NCBI GenBank assembly: GCA_000708835.1
Contig: DF236968.1
Coordinates: 332,672 to 396,671 of the forward strand
Length of the DNA stretch: 64,000 nt
Source: Klebsormidium nitens
Lineage: Eukaryota; Plantae; Klebsormidiophyceae
Direction: 5' to 3'
Numbering within the stretch: position 1 is the stretch's first letter; every line of letters starts with the position of its first letter. Both the position numbers and the translations under genes were made by a program. Shown here one piece after another: positions 49,728-61,743 of the stretch. The notes below the pieces were generated by a model that was not told the origin of the DNA, searched no databases, and was given only the letters and a program-made list of their open reading frames with translations.

Positions 49728-52700
49728 TCAGCTGCTTTGCACGCCGTTCTCGGCCAACGGGGTCGTTAGATAGGCATCTTGTCCATACTCAGCGTACGGA
49801 GAATGCTCCAGAGCGTTCTTTGCGATGCGGCCGTCTTCGCGTATTCTCTTGACAAGAGCATCCAGCGAGGGAAAGTTCGCCTGCAAACAGAAATACGCCT
49901 CTCGTCTCTCATGTTTGAAGCGCAGCGATTATAGCGCGAGAACCACTTGCAAAAGCGGAAAGCAAACAGGAAGCCCAAGTCGAGGAACGAACACGCAGAA
50001 TACTACAGGCCCCGACTACGCGCAAATAAATTTTCAATGGAGTGCTCCTTCGGCCCCGCAGCAAATCCTGCGAACGTTTCAGCAAGCAAGCCCTTGATAG
50101 AGCATGTCAAATGTTCACCTCTGGTCGGATGTACCCCACAACCACTAGCCGCAACTCCTCGTCGTAAAAGTCGTCCTCGAACTCGTGCAACAGCCACGGC
50201 TCCTGCGCAAGCGACTTCCGCCTCAGAAGGGACACACGCTTGTCCGGTGACGTCAGCAAGCGCAGATGACGTCAGAGGCCTCTCGTGACGCCAGCAGGAC
50301 CTTGCCTGGGCAACGACGCGTACCGGGGCCGACTTGTCATTACTCGCCTGAGCCTAGAAGTGATAGGCAAACTTCCCGTTTCCGGGCCCTGGAAACCGTA
50401 ACTCTGAACCAAGTCGCTCCTCAGTCCACACGCAAACCTTCAAGCTAACCATGCCCGTCCCGTTCCCAGAGTGCATTCCGCCATTGGTGTAAGTCGGAAG
50501 ACTTATTGCAGGGGAATGTTACGGAACACTCACGACTGTCTTGGAGTCGTTGTCGAAGTACGGGTTCCAGCCAACGCTCATGACCATCTTGTAGACCTTG
50601 CCACGAAGGCCGGCCCAGCCCAAGTAAATGCCGCACGTGTGCTCCGCCATCTTGTCCTGGAACGATGACGTCGGCAAATTCGCTGCGGATCAAGTGGTGG
50701 GAAAGTCGGGTTCTCGTGGGATAGGGTTGAGGGAGGAGGCATGTGAGAGAGTCAGATTCGTTCCAGGACAAAACGGGACGAATAGTTTCTCACAGCACTC
50801 GTACTAGACACTGCATGAAATCTGGAGCGAGCACGACGCGGCAATGTTGCTACACGTCGGCAGCGTCGTCGGGCAGACAAATAAGCAACCAAGGACACTT
50901 CCTAACGAATCTACTTCTACAAAATCACAGAAGACGCATAGCAGGGGAACAAGTCTCTTGGGCTCGGCCACGGAGTTTAGGAAGCAGAAGTTTTAAACGT
51001 GTCCTCAGTCAGACGTGAAAGAAACATCTCATCCGGACTCAGACGAGAAGCTTAATAGTTCCCGCAGGGTCGATGCGGAAAGGTCAGAAAATTCCTTGGC
51101 GAACATCTGCACCGTTGAGTGCCCCAGGCGTTCATGAGAACTAGTCGCTGCAGAGTGGAGGCGATTCAATGGGTGCCTAGCACTTAGAATGGTGTCGAAA
51201 GTGAATTGAATCTTAGAAGATGCTTCCGAAAAGGAGAAGCAAATTGATCGATAAAGTTGACCGAGCAAACCCCCAGCAAATGACCCAACACAAGCGCGGA
51301 ATGGCAATTGGAGCCTTACCTGTCGGGATGCCCAACACTTTGGAGCCGCGCCCGAAACCCTTGATGACCGGGCCTCCCAGGTACCACGGCTCGATAGGCA
51401 ACGCGTCGCAAATGTCTGAAACAGGACACGTGGCAATCAGCTGATGGCCAGATCGCGTTCTGCTGAGAAGCGCCAGTTCGGAGGCTGCGTCAAATGGTGT
51501 CGTCCCGTAAAACGCAACAAGTGCCTTCGACAGGCCTGAAGCTGAAAGATCGATGCAACCGGCGAGCAGCCAAGATCGAGGTATATGCTCTTGTCGAGAT
51601 GAAAATGACCGTGCAGGAGATGTTTGTTTGACAGAAGGGAATCCACCTCTACTTGCTGACATGAATTGATGAGCGGCTGTGCGGAAACGTTTACATTGGA
51701 TGGAAATTATCAATCGACGTTAACGACGTCCGATCTCTGACAATCAGGATATTCAAGGGCAATGTCGAAACCGTGCACATTCTTTCACATTGCACGGTCG
51801 TACTAAGTACAACCTAGTTGACGTGCTCGATTCTGCATCAACTCGTGATTCCAGAAGAAGCTTGAGGAGCAGAATACTGAGCCCTTGAACTCCGAGAGCA
51901 CTGGACCCGCACGCTATAAAGACGACACAAGGTAATGTCCCGTCTTTTGCCGCGGCAACTGACACTCACAATCGTCAAACGGTGGTAGCCCGAACTCTTC
52001 CGGGCGGAAGTCGAGGAGCGAGGCCACGATCGCATCCGCTGCCTCGTACAACGGCCGGTGTTTCTTCTTGGGTAGCGACGGGACCGCGAGCACGACCATC
52101 CCTGCTGCTTTTCCCGCTTGCACCCCGGCACTGCGTCGCAGGAATCGGACGATTCAGACGAGCTTCATAAGTCATTTCTCGAAAGCAATCTGCAGAGGTA
52201 AAAGCCTTTGCGAAAGAGGGATGGAAGGCTAGCTTGCACACGAGAAATGGAAGATGGAGTGACTTGGAGACAGAAGGAAGCGCACAAAGCGGTACTGAGA
52301 AGATAAGCGGAGAGAGCCTGAAAATAAAGCAATCCACGGTTATTTGAACGGGAAAAATCTTCAGAAGAAACGCGTTGTTGTGCTCAGACTGATGCAAAGT
52401 CAAACTCGAAATGGACACGAATTGCGAAAGCAGAGTCCTTCGTCGAAGAACGGGAAGGTCCTTACGCCTTCATCTCACGAGGAGTTTTCAAAGGTGGGCT
52501 GATGGACCCAGCCTACACCGAAGGGCTGCGTCGCATGACATTTGCAATAGACGTGACAACACTAAAAGAGGCACTAAGTACGAGGGAAAGGAACTCACGG
52601 CGCATCTTCGATAACGAGGCAGGACTCCGGCGGAGCCTTCAGCAACTCGGCGGCTTTTAAGAAACTGCAGCCAGGGATTGGTCAGTGGACAATCACAACC

Positions 52701-54997
52701 GAGCCACACAAAGCACAGGTTCATGACCACAACGTGTAATCTGCAGATCGACGAACTGCTTCATAAACAACTTGTTAACGCAGACAAATTCAGCCCCAGC
52801 CCAGACAACGAGAAGCGCAACCTTTTGTAACGTATTTCTCTCCCGTTGATACTCGCCAATCCATCGCCGGGAAGCATCAAACCTCGTCTTCGACTTACAC
52901 TTGCCAGCTGAACCCTACGACCTCTCTAAGCAGTTGCCGACTGTAAAAGGACTATATCCCATGGAAGATGGTGACCTCACATGTCGGGCGCTGGTTTTCC
53001 GTTGACGACCTCCTCCCCTGCAACACTGACGGCAAGGATTTCCGGCCAGCCTGCATCAAAATTGACAACCTCAGGGATGTCGACGAAAGGATTAGGTGAC
53101 CGTCTCTAGTCCGTGAAGATATAATGTGTCGACATAGAAGGTACACCGATCGCTCCAATGCTGTCGCGACACTATCCCTCAAATGAGACCTCTGAACTCG
53201 AGCACTATCAATTGACCTCTTTCGAACCTGCAACACGACACTCTTTGTTCGCACTGGCCTGATCTCAAAGGCCTGCTCCCAGAGTCGAAGCATACCAGAC
53301 GATACTTTGACCATTCCGCCAACCGAAAAGACTGCCTCATCTCAACCAAGACACTAACCAGGAACAAGTCATGACCCCTTACCTTCGTGAGCCCCCACTT
53401 TCAACTGCATACTCATTCTCAAAGAGGAGCTCGCCAGAGCCACAGGTATCCGGTGCCGCTTTATGTAAGTTAGTAACCGGCCTGCCCCAGGGAGCTGCGG
53501 GATCGAGGGGTACCTGCCCCGAACAACAGAAGACTCGGGTTATGATCTCATTGTTTCAGACGCCTACAATCTCATTGTTTCAGACGCCTACTTCCATCCT
53601 ATTTGTCTCTTGATCGGCAGACTCTAGGCGCTTCCTGAGTTTGCAGCGATCCCGGTACGATGAGAGTCAGAAACCAGACAAGAATCGTGTGATACCCATT
53701 GGACAAGGCCCCTGCAAAGCTCAGCGAAGCGGCATCCCAGAGTAGCAAGTCCGCCTTGCTCAAGACAAGTTCAGGAGTAATGCAAGTACTGTACTTTTCC
53801 AAAGGGACTCTACTGGGGGATTTGCCACCCTCTCTGAAGCACTCCCCAAATGTGGGGCAGAAAGGGCCAGATACAACAACTAATCATCAAAACGAAACAC
53901 TATTTGGCCATTTGCTCTGACACATACCTTTGCTTCATCATCGGTATCGTCTTGTCCATGAACTCCTGTGCCGTGCAGGGCAAGCCATAGTCGTCCACAA
54001 CGTGTTGGTAGCCCTCGATTGGCCGCAGTCCCAGTCTCTTCTCCACACCCGCTGGATCGTACTCCTTCCTATAGTCTCTTTCCAAGATCTCTTTCACCAC
54101 TTGTTGCACCACGGCCTCTGTAAAAGTGACAAGCACACTGTGAGTTTTGTGAAATATTTCTTAAAGGCCATTGTATTCCTGTGCCGCAATTGTCCGACCA
54201 GCTTGCCAGACACTCTGATTTTTTATCAGATGCAATCTCAGTGCACAGCTTCTTCAAGTACAGCTTGTTATCCTTCTGAGACAGACTTCTAATTTGTGAG
54301 AGGGAGAAAGCCTCAAAGAAGCGCATCTCAAACTGCATCTCAAGCAAAACTATAATGGACACAAACCACTTGTGAAGTTCCTCATAACCTTCCATCATGG
54401 TCTGTGATCTAATGTCTGCCAGTCAAAACGTGAACCAACAGACTTATGAAAGCTGAATTGTGTCTCTTATCCACATGGTTCAAACGAGACAGACTAAATC
54501 AAAACAAACCCTGCAATCACAAACACAGAGTAGTCTACTCAGAGTGCACCAATGAGAAGCTCAGAGTAGCCTTGATTGAACCGGAAAGCGGTGTGGCCAC
54601 AATGCTGTGAGTAAGCAGTCTTTGCAACAATCTTGTGACTATCCAATTCAACATGAAGGCTGCCTACCCCAGTGATTAAGCATTTGCAAGGTGGTCATGG
54701 AATCAGAACACAACTGCCTACTGGGGCAAGTTTGTGGTTGTAAAATTCCATTCACTTGGAGATTGAAAGGTTCAATCGAACTTCAGGACACTCGGATGCA
54801 CAATGAGCATCCACCACTCCCATCAGCAAGGGGTGCAACCACTTTCTTCTCAGGCGCAGTCGGTGCTCACCTGTATCGAGTAGCGTGCCATCAAGGTCCA
54901 GGATAATGTGCGTGATCTTCCTTGAGCTCCGTACTCCGTCAATCACATTGATTCCCGCCGGCACACTCCCGCCAGGCGCAGAATCAGAGCTGTCCAT
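49728..54997 (-). CDS. FMN/FHY: Bifunctional HAD-family FMN hydrolase / riboflavin kinase
   Basis: Ten exons (54871-54997, 53928-54117, 53383-53513, 52981-53050, 52601-52664, 51970-52130, 51320-51415, 50534-50682, 50119-50202, 49728-49880). HAD motifs DLDGTLLDT, ALASSS, GKPAPDIF and VIEDA; RFK motifs GPVIKGFGRGSKVLGIPTAN, MSVGWNPYF, EPWLLHEF and GYIRPEANF. Confidence 0.96.
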
Positions 54998-55810
54998 CAG
55001 AGTTCCTTCTCAACGAGTTGCACAAGAAGAAGGGCCTGCGGAATGCAGGCGTCCTGATACTGTCCTCCTTCCACTTTGAATGCAACTTTTGAGTGATGCA
55101 GGGGCAAATCAAACCCACTCTTCACCACTCGTCACCCACTACGTGAAGCTGCTGTAATAGCATAAGCGTTTGTATCATGTCATTATAAGTATACGGTACA
55201 CATAGTAGCTTATGTATCAGGTTTAGGTCAGGATTTCAAGCCTGCTTTTAGGGTTTTATGAGCAGACCTAGGGTCACCTGGAGGCTGGAGAAGTAGTCGG
55301 TCCCACTCAGATAGGGACATGGACATAAAATCCGCCGTTTTGATTGGGCCGCGTGTCAAATAGACCACGTGTCGATCATAGACCAGGGTCCGAGTCCCCG
55401 GAGACAGAATTTGATGCAACGTCATTTGTTCGTCACTTAGTGACTTTATAGATATCGGATGGTCAAAGTGACTCAATAAGTGTATCAAACGGCCAGCTGG
55501 GGGCCATTCCATTTTCCTGATTCCTCTTATGAAAGCGGTCATACGCTCCCTTATATCTTTCTTTTTCCTCTTTTCTTCTATTTCATCTCATTTTCCCCCT
55601 CTATCTCTAAGTTGGCTGTGAGTGGGGCCCCACCTGTGATTCAGCTGGGCCAACTTAGCTTGCAGAAACACGAAGAAAGGGGCGAGCATCCTTCAAGAAG
55701 CTCCTTGTAACTTTCGTGTAGCTGAACCTCCTCACGATGGGCTGCTTCGCATGGTGCTAAGTGGAGCACTTTTATTTCTCGGTTCTCTGCGCAGCCGCTA
55801 GTTCGCAAAC

Positions 55811-58800
55811 ATGGCGGTCCGGGCTGTTATGTCTACACGCGCTCTCCTGTTTCTATGCAGTCTCTCCTTAGCTGCCGCCGTTCAAGTCACTGACTTCTTG
55901 CCGCTTCTTCCGCATCCATACAATCTACAGGCTTTGCAGGCAACTAGTCTCGGGGACCCCATTTCAATCCTACCAAAGTACGTCGGTTCCCTGATCCCTG
56001 GAAAGGAGGTGGCATGGAACGGGTCATGCTTTAAGAGCACCACAGCATTCATCAACCTCACGGAGCCTGTCAAGAACGGAAGTCTGGGGGGTGGCGTGGT
56101 CCATGTCATTGTGAGTGATCAGCGTGTTTCATAAAAGCATTTGCCTTTTTGAGAGTTGATGAAAAGGTGTTGGTTATTTTAGTTAGGACAAAGTAGTGGG
56201 TGACTCAGTGGCTGTGCCATCTGGCTCCCGGTTCAGCCAACGGTGTCGGTGTTCATCATCGTCCCAATCACCCTTTTCGCCTTTATAATCCTTTTCGTCG
56301 AGCACGCATGAGAGCTGCTTTTGGGTTTTCTTTGCTCTTTGAAACATGTCTCTCTGACGTCAGCGACATGAGACTACGCTGTTTGGTTCTTGGGTTTCTA
56401 AAGAAATTGTTAACCGGACAGAGTTATGGATGGGTTTGAATTAGATGTCGTGTGGTCTAAGTCCTGGTGGTCATGTCTAGTGAGCCCTTAATGTTGGCAC
56501 TTGTTACAATTTGCACTCTTCATTTGTACCATCAAGGGTTTGAGTGACGGCTTCTGCAGACAAGACAGCATTCAAGATGAGGCAGTTTCGTTGGTCCACT
56601 CAACCAATGATGCACTCACTCAAGCCCGCAGGCATCGTCTCCTTTGCAAGCACGCTTCAATGCCTTCAAACACCCTGTACTGGCTTATGGTCGGACTATT
56701 ATGGTTCTGCCAGCTGATCAATATCCGCCCTCCCCAATAGTCACTTTCTGCTTTCCCTAACCATCCTCTGTTAATCCGCGTGCTGAGAGCCTCAACAGCG
56801 ATTTGTACTATTGAGCCCTCTAGCGGTCCTACATAACCAGTATTTCTGGCCAAATACTTCAACCCTTCAAATTCTTGTTGGCCTCTGCTCGATTCTCACC
56901 TAACCCGCTACTTGCTTCTTCCCTTACCCGCTACTCTCGTTCTCTCTAACCTGCTACTTATCTTTCCCTAACCCGCCACTCTTTTGTCCCCTAACCCGCC
57001 ACTCTTTTCTTCCCTAACCCACTACTTTTTTCTTACCCAACCCGCTACTCTATTCCCACTTAACCCGCTCCTCTCGTTTCCCTGACTCGCTACTCGTTTC
57101 CTCCTGACCCGCTACTCTTTTCCCACCTAACCTGCAATCCTCTTCCCCTAAACCCGCAGGTGGAAGGCCCAAAGAGCTACACGTGCATCGACATCTACGT
57201 CTTCGGCACCCCGTACCGTCTCATGTGGGACTGGTATTTTCTGGGGCGCCATCACACGGAAACCGTGAGCGAATGGCACGAGGGCGAGCGGGAGTTTGTC
57301 GAGACGCGGGGGCTGTCAGTGTTTTTGATGCCGGCCGGGATGCTCGGGACGCTCAAGTCGATGTGGGACGTCTTCCCGCTCTTTGCAAACACGGGTGAGG
57401 AGCCCGTCCTTGCTTCTCCTCTTTCGTCTGTTCTCCGTTTCCTCAGCTATCGTGTGCAGTCACACGAGGCGAGTGCCTTTTGGCAGTTCAATCTGATTCC
57501 AACAAGCTGCACGTGCAGGGAGGAGCCTGAAACCCTGGGCATGCTGGTTGAAGGAACGGATCAGCCCCTCTGCCAAAACACACCCTGGAGTCCCATGAGC
57601 ACAGTTCATTGACGTGGCTTTTCACTAGGTCTCTTTGTCCTGCTCTCAGTTGGGAAGCCTTAAGGCAACGGTCAGGGGGCCTTTTGATTATGTACATTGA
57701 AAGTTTGGAGCAACTATTCCGGCCATCACCAATCGTGCCTTCTATCTACTGCAGGCTTTGGTGAGAGTGCCAATATTGCTTTCCTTGAGCGCCGCATGGG
57801 CACGCCTTTCGTGAAACGCACGCCCCCCCTCTCGCCCGCAATTAACGCGAGCGACATCCGCTCAGGCGACTTTCTGGCGCTGTCCAAGATTCGCGGCCGG
57901 TGGGGGGGTTTCGAAACGCTGCAGAAGTGGGTTACGGGAGCGTATGCGGGACACACAGCGGTGGCGCTGAGAGATGACAAGGATGACTTGTGGGTGATCG
58001 AGGGGGGGCAGCCAGACGAACAGGTGAGGGGGGGGATTGTTTTCTCTTTGAGAGAACGCTTGGGTGAACGATGTCATTTTTTGGTAGGTTTGCTTACTTG
58101 AAAGGTGAGTTGCCTGTTGTTTCGATCGATACGAAAGTCGGTCTGTTTGAAGGTGAGTAGTCTAAGGGACGAGAAGGGAAAAAATCCGGTGAACAGAAAA
58201 GGCCATTGGATGGAACCAGGAAGGGAGTGTTTGCTTTTCGTTGCTGTTCTAAGGTGAGCTTGTTGTAATGCCGTGCTTTGGTTAGCGGCTGAACTGGCGC
58301 CTTATTTGACATCCAGGTCTCTGGGATTTGTGGAGCAAAAGCCATTGGTCCCAATGACCTTTTGAGTGCTCGAGAGGGCAGCCTAAGTTGCAGGGAGGGA
58401 ACGGTTCTTTTTCCGTAGCTTTCTGCGCTTTCAGTTTGAGGTAGACGACGGAATACTTCCTCGTCTTAGGAAAGACGAACTTCGAGGTAATTGGAGTTCG
58501 TCTATCTCGGGCCAACCTTTTCGTCCTGTTGGAATTCTAATGTTAAGGCTATCTATGTCTTGTATTCTTTGGCGAATTTTCCAACTTCTTTAGGTCGTTC
58601 TTCTCGCTGAATCTAAGTCTGCACTACTGTGCAGAAGTTGCGTTTGTCTTTCAATCGACGTTACCCTGCCGTTCCCGGGTGAGGGCGTCGTCCTGCGATA
58701 CAAAGGGGACAGAAAGTAATTTCTCAAGCACCGTCAAAGTTACTCAAAGGTGAAATAGCAACAAATTCATTTTGACAATGCTAAACACGTTCTCTGCAGG

Positions 58801-60852
58801 GCAAGGAAATCATCGTCTCCTGGAAGTGGGACGACTGGTGGCAAATGAACCTCAAGGACCCCTCAGACCCGCATGTCGCTCTACTGCCCCTCCGGAGTGA
58901 TCTGCGGGCCACTTTCAATGAGACGGCCGCCTGGTGAGTCGAGCATACTCCGGTTGACCAAAGGTTTGCGGATGCTTGAGGCAAGGTTGGTGAATGTTTA
59001 GCACACCGCCTGCCATCTGTTCGAAAAGGAGGGCTTTTTTGTGAGAATGGAGAATTGCTGTATTTTGCCAGGTTCAAGAGACGGCTGCCTGGCAAGTCGA
59101 GCATATAGGGTACTCTTAGATGACCTCGGGGTAACACACGCTTGGGCCTATCGCCTCCATCTTGAGAAGGAGGAATGCAAACCTGTGTGATGCAAGAATG
59201 TTGTGCCCCGCCAGATCTATGAGAGGGCCGCTTGGAACGTAGAGTCGCGTCGTTCACGAACCGCCCATGCACACCCCTCTTAAGTACAACTGTGCCAACC
59301 ACTTGAGCTGCAATGAGAAGTATCTCTGCCTGAACGCCCGCTGACAATCCTATCACGAATCATCGAAGACGCTCCTTTTCCACAACTGCTGTCCAATCCG
59401 TTTTCTCCGACTGTTCATACCTCAGTCTTGCTTCTCGGCGGATACGTCCGCTCGATGCTCGGGCTTCCGTACGGCTACCACAATATGTGTTCCAGCGGGA
59501 TCGGGCTCTTCCAAGATGCCCCTGTTCACACCGTCTATTCACACCGTCTCTTCCTCGTATTCACACCGTGTCTCTCGGCTCAGGGAGTACGTCCGTTCGA
59601 TGCTCGGACGTCCATACGGCTTCCACAACATGATCTTCAGTTGGATCGACACCGAACGCGACAACTACCCAACGCCGATGGACGCACACCTAGTTGCGTC
59701 CTTCATCACCATGTGGGAGCGGATCCAACCCGACTACGTGGCAAACATGTGGAACGAGGCACTAAATAAGCGCCTCGGAACGGACGGCCTGGATCTGCCG
59801 GAGATCCTGGTGGAGTGCGTGCGGCGGGGGATGAGTTTCGGCGCCTTGCTGGCGCTCCCGGAGGATGACACGTGGCTGTACAGCGACGGGCCGAGCGTCA
59901 CGTGCGACGTGCTGGTGCTGATGATGTATAAGCGGGCGGGCGTGTTTGGGGAGCTGGCGGATAAGATCATGGTGAGGGGGGCCGCTTATGGGAAGCGCAG
60001 GCAGCTTGGATTGCATGCGCGAGTCTTCGTCTTGGATCAACTTTGTGCTTGCGCCTGCTGCTTGCGAGGTGATTGTCAGAAGGAACGACTCGTACTCCAT
60101 AACGAAGTCAACGAAGCTAGAAGAAGCAAGCGGGCCAAACTCTCGAGAAGCGTTTTTGGAAATCCCATTGCTGGCAAGACGGACTGATTGGATGCCGCCA
60201 TCGAAAAGCAAACGGAGAGGTTAGCTTGGCGCTGCGGAAGAAAAGAATTTGCATTTGCGTGCACCGAGGGCCTCGAACGTTGGTCGACACTTGGAATCTT
60301 CCTTCGAACCTGTGATCTGACCTTCAGATTCCAGTGTCATCTGCTCTTGTCTGTATTTGGGTCCAACATTGTGTCGGGGCTCTGTGTAATGGTTCGGTGA
60401 AATCCATTTGTACTCATATTCACGTGGTGCATAAGCACTTTAGCACACGGCTTTTCGAGATCAAGGGTCACGGCGCTCTTCAAAGAATTTTCGGCTGCAG
60501 TTAGACAGGGAGTAAAACCGCAGGAGGCAGAAGTGAGAGTTTCGTCATTTGTCGTTCTGGATAGGATTCTGTGACTCGAACCTGTTCGACTGACGCTTCT
60601 CTACTTGTGTTTCTCTCGCAGGCGACGGAATTCCAAGTACGGGACACGTACATGCTCAAGATCTACGAAGAGGACGAGACGTTGTTACCATCGTGGTGTC
60701 GTGGAACTGATGACCCGCCGTTCCCCTATTGCCAGCTGCTAGGAAAGTATAGATTAGATCTGCCTCTGTTCAATACGATCGCCCCGTACGCGCACATGAA
60801 TGAGCGGTGCCCTAGCATGGCTCCGCTGTACGACCGACCAACCGGTTGCTGA
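55811..60852 (+). CDS. Conserved secreted plant-type uncharacterised protein; contains a permuted NlpC/P60 (YiiX/YaeF-like) papain-fold signature
   Basis: Exons 55811-56110, 57160-57394, 57755-58023, 58800-58933, 59584-59971 and 60622-60852. Signal peptide, then TCIDIYVFGTPYR, GMLGTL..WDVFPLFANTG, SGDFLALSKIRGRWGGFETL, YAGHTAV, PYGFHNMIFSWIDT, NMWNEALNKRLGT and GKYRLDLP..MNERCPS. Confidence 0.9.
56895..57159 (+). repeat. Tandem array (~12 units, ~21-23 bp) of CCTAACCCGCTACTC-pyrimidine units ending at a 3' splice site
   Basis: cctaacccgctacttgcttcttcc/cttacccgctactctcg.../cctaacccgccactctttt.../...ctaaacccgcag|GTGGAA. Confidence 0.85.
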
Positions 60853-61743
60853 CGGGGCTCTTTTTGTGAGTAGCTCGGGTCGTCGTCGAAGCTGATTGAG
60901 GTGTACATAACCGGTGCTCGAAGGTGATTCTTTAGGTTTGCTCGACGTAGAAAGATGGTGTCGACACTAAGTTTGTATCCCAGTTTGAGCTATCTGCACG
61001 CCTGTAGTATAGCTTTAGCATGTACCAGCTACAACTTGGTATTGATTGTTTGTTCACATTCCAGTTATTGCGTGCACAGTAAGTGTGTGGTCGGATGATT
61101 ATGTCTCGATCGCCTTTACTAAGGGTCCAAGCATCCGACGGACTCACGGTTGATCTAGTAAGCCAGCGCATGCGATCGATCCAGCAGTGACGGCGGCGAA
61201 ACTTATTGCACATGCAATCAAAGCGCTGCTCGGCACGAAATTTAGTAATTATCTGCTTTAAATACTCGAGCTCTATTCCGGGGCGGCCGCATATATGCAC
61301 GCCTTCAATGAATTCAAGTGAGCTGCTTAAGTGAGCTGCTCTAGACTTATACTCGCGCTATCATTGCATTAGCTTAATCGGATATACATGACAAGATTCT
61401 ATTCTGCAAACCGCACGCAATTCTTAAGCATTAGTACATGACTGATCGAGCATGCAGCTAGCTATGTGTTCATTCATTGGCTAGCGGAGCTGGGCCATAG
61501 ATCAACCAATCAATTGCAACAATGACATATGGATCGCTCTTGAAGTATTGTCTTGATCGTGCACATGCAACATTCAAGGCCGCCCTTCCCTATCGCAGAC
61601 GCTACAGCAGATGATCTTGATTCATCTTTGTGTGACTAGATGGATCTTTGAAGTTGATCGAAGGTGCAATCTCTGACGCTATGTTTTCAGTCGACTTTCG
61701 TCAAGGCAACTCCCCAAACTCGCTCACCTTCATTCTGACAAGT

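Noticed and set aside
41822-53595. Short perfect direct repeats (accgttgaacttgatgcaaa x2 at ~41822; atctcattgtttcagacgcctac x2 at ~53546)
   Set aside because: These are ordinary slippage-type intronic duplications with no further structure.
36155-54997. GFA + QueC-like + riboflavin kinase as a metabolic gene cluster
   Set aside because: There is no established pathway link, PEX2 is interposed, and no queD/queE/queF-like partners are present. Adjacency alone is not evidence.
1670-61289. CGGCCG word in most convergent spacers as a shared motif
   Set aside because: The same hexamer is common in coding exons of this window, so enrichment cannot be supported.
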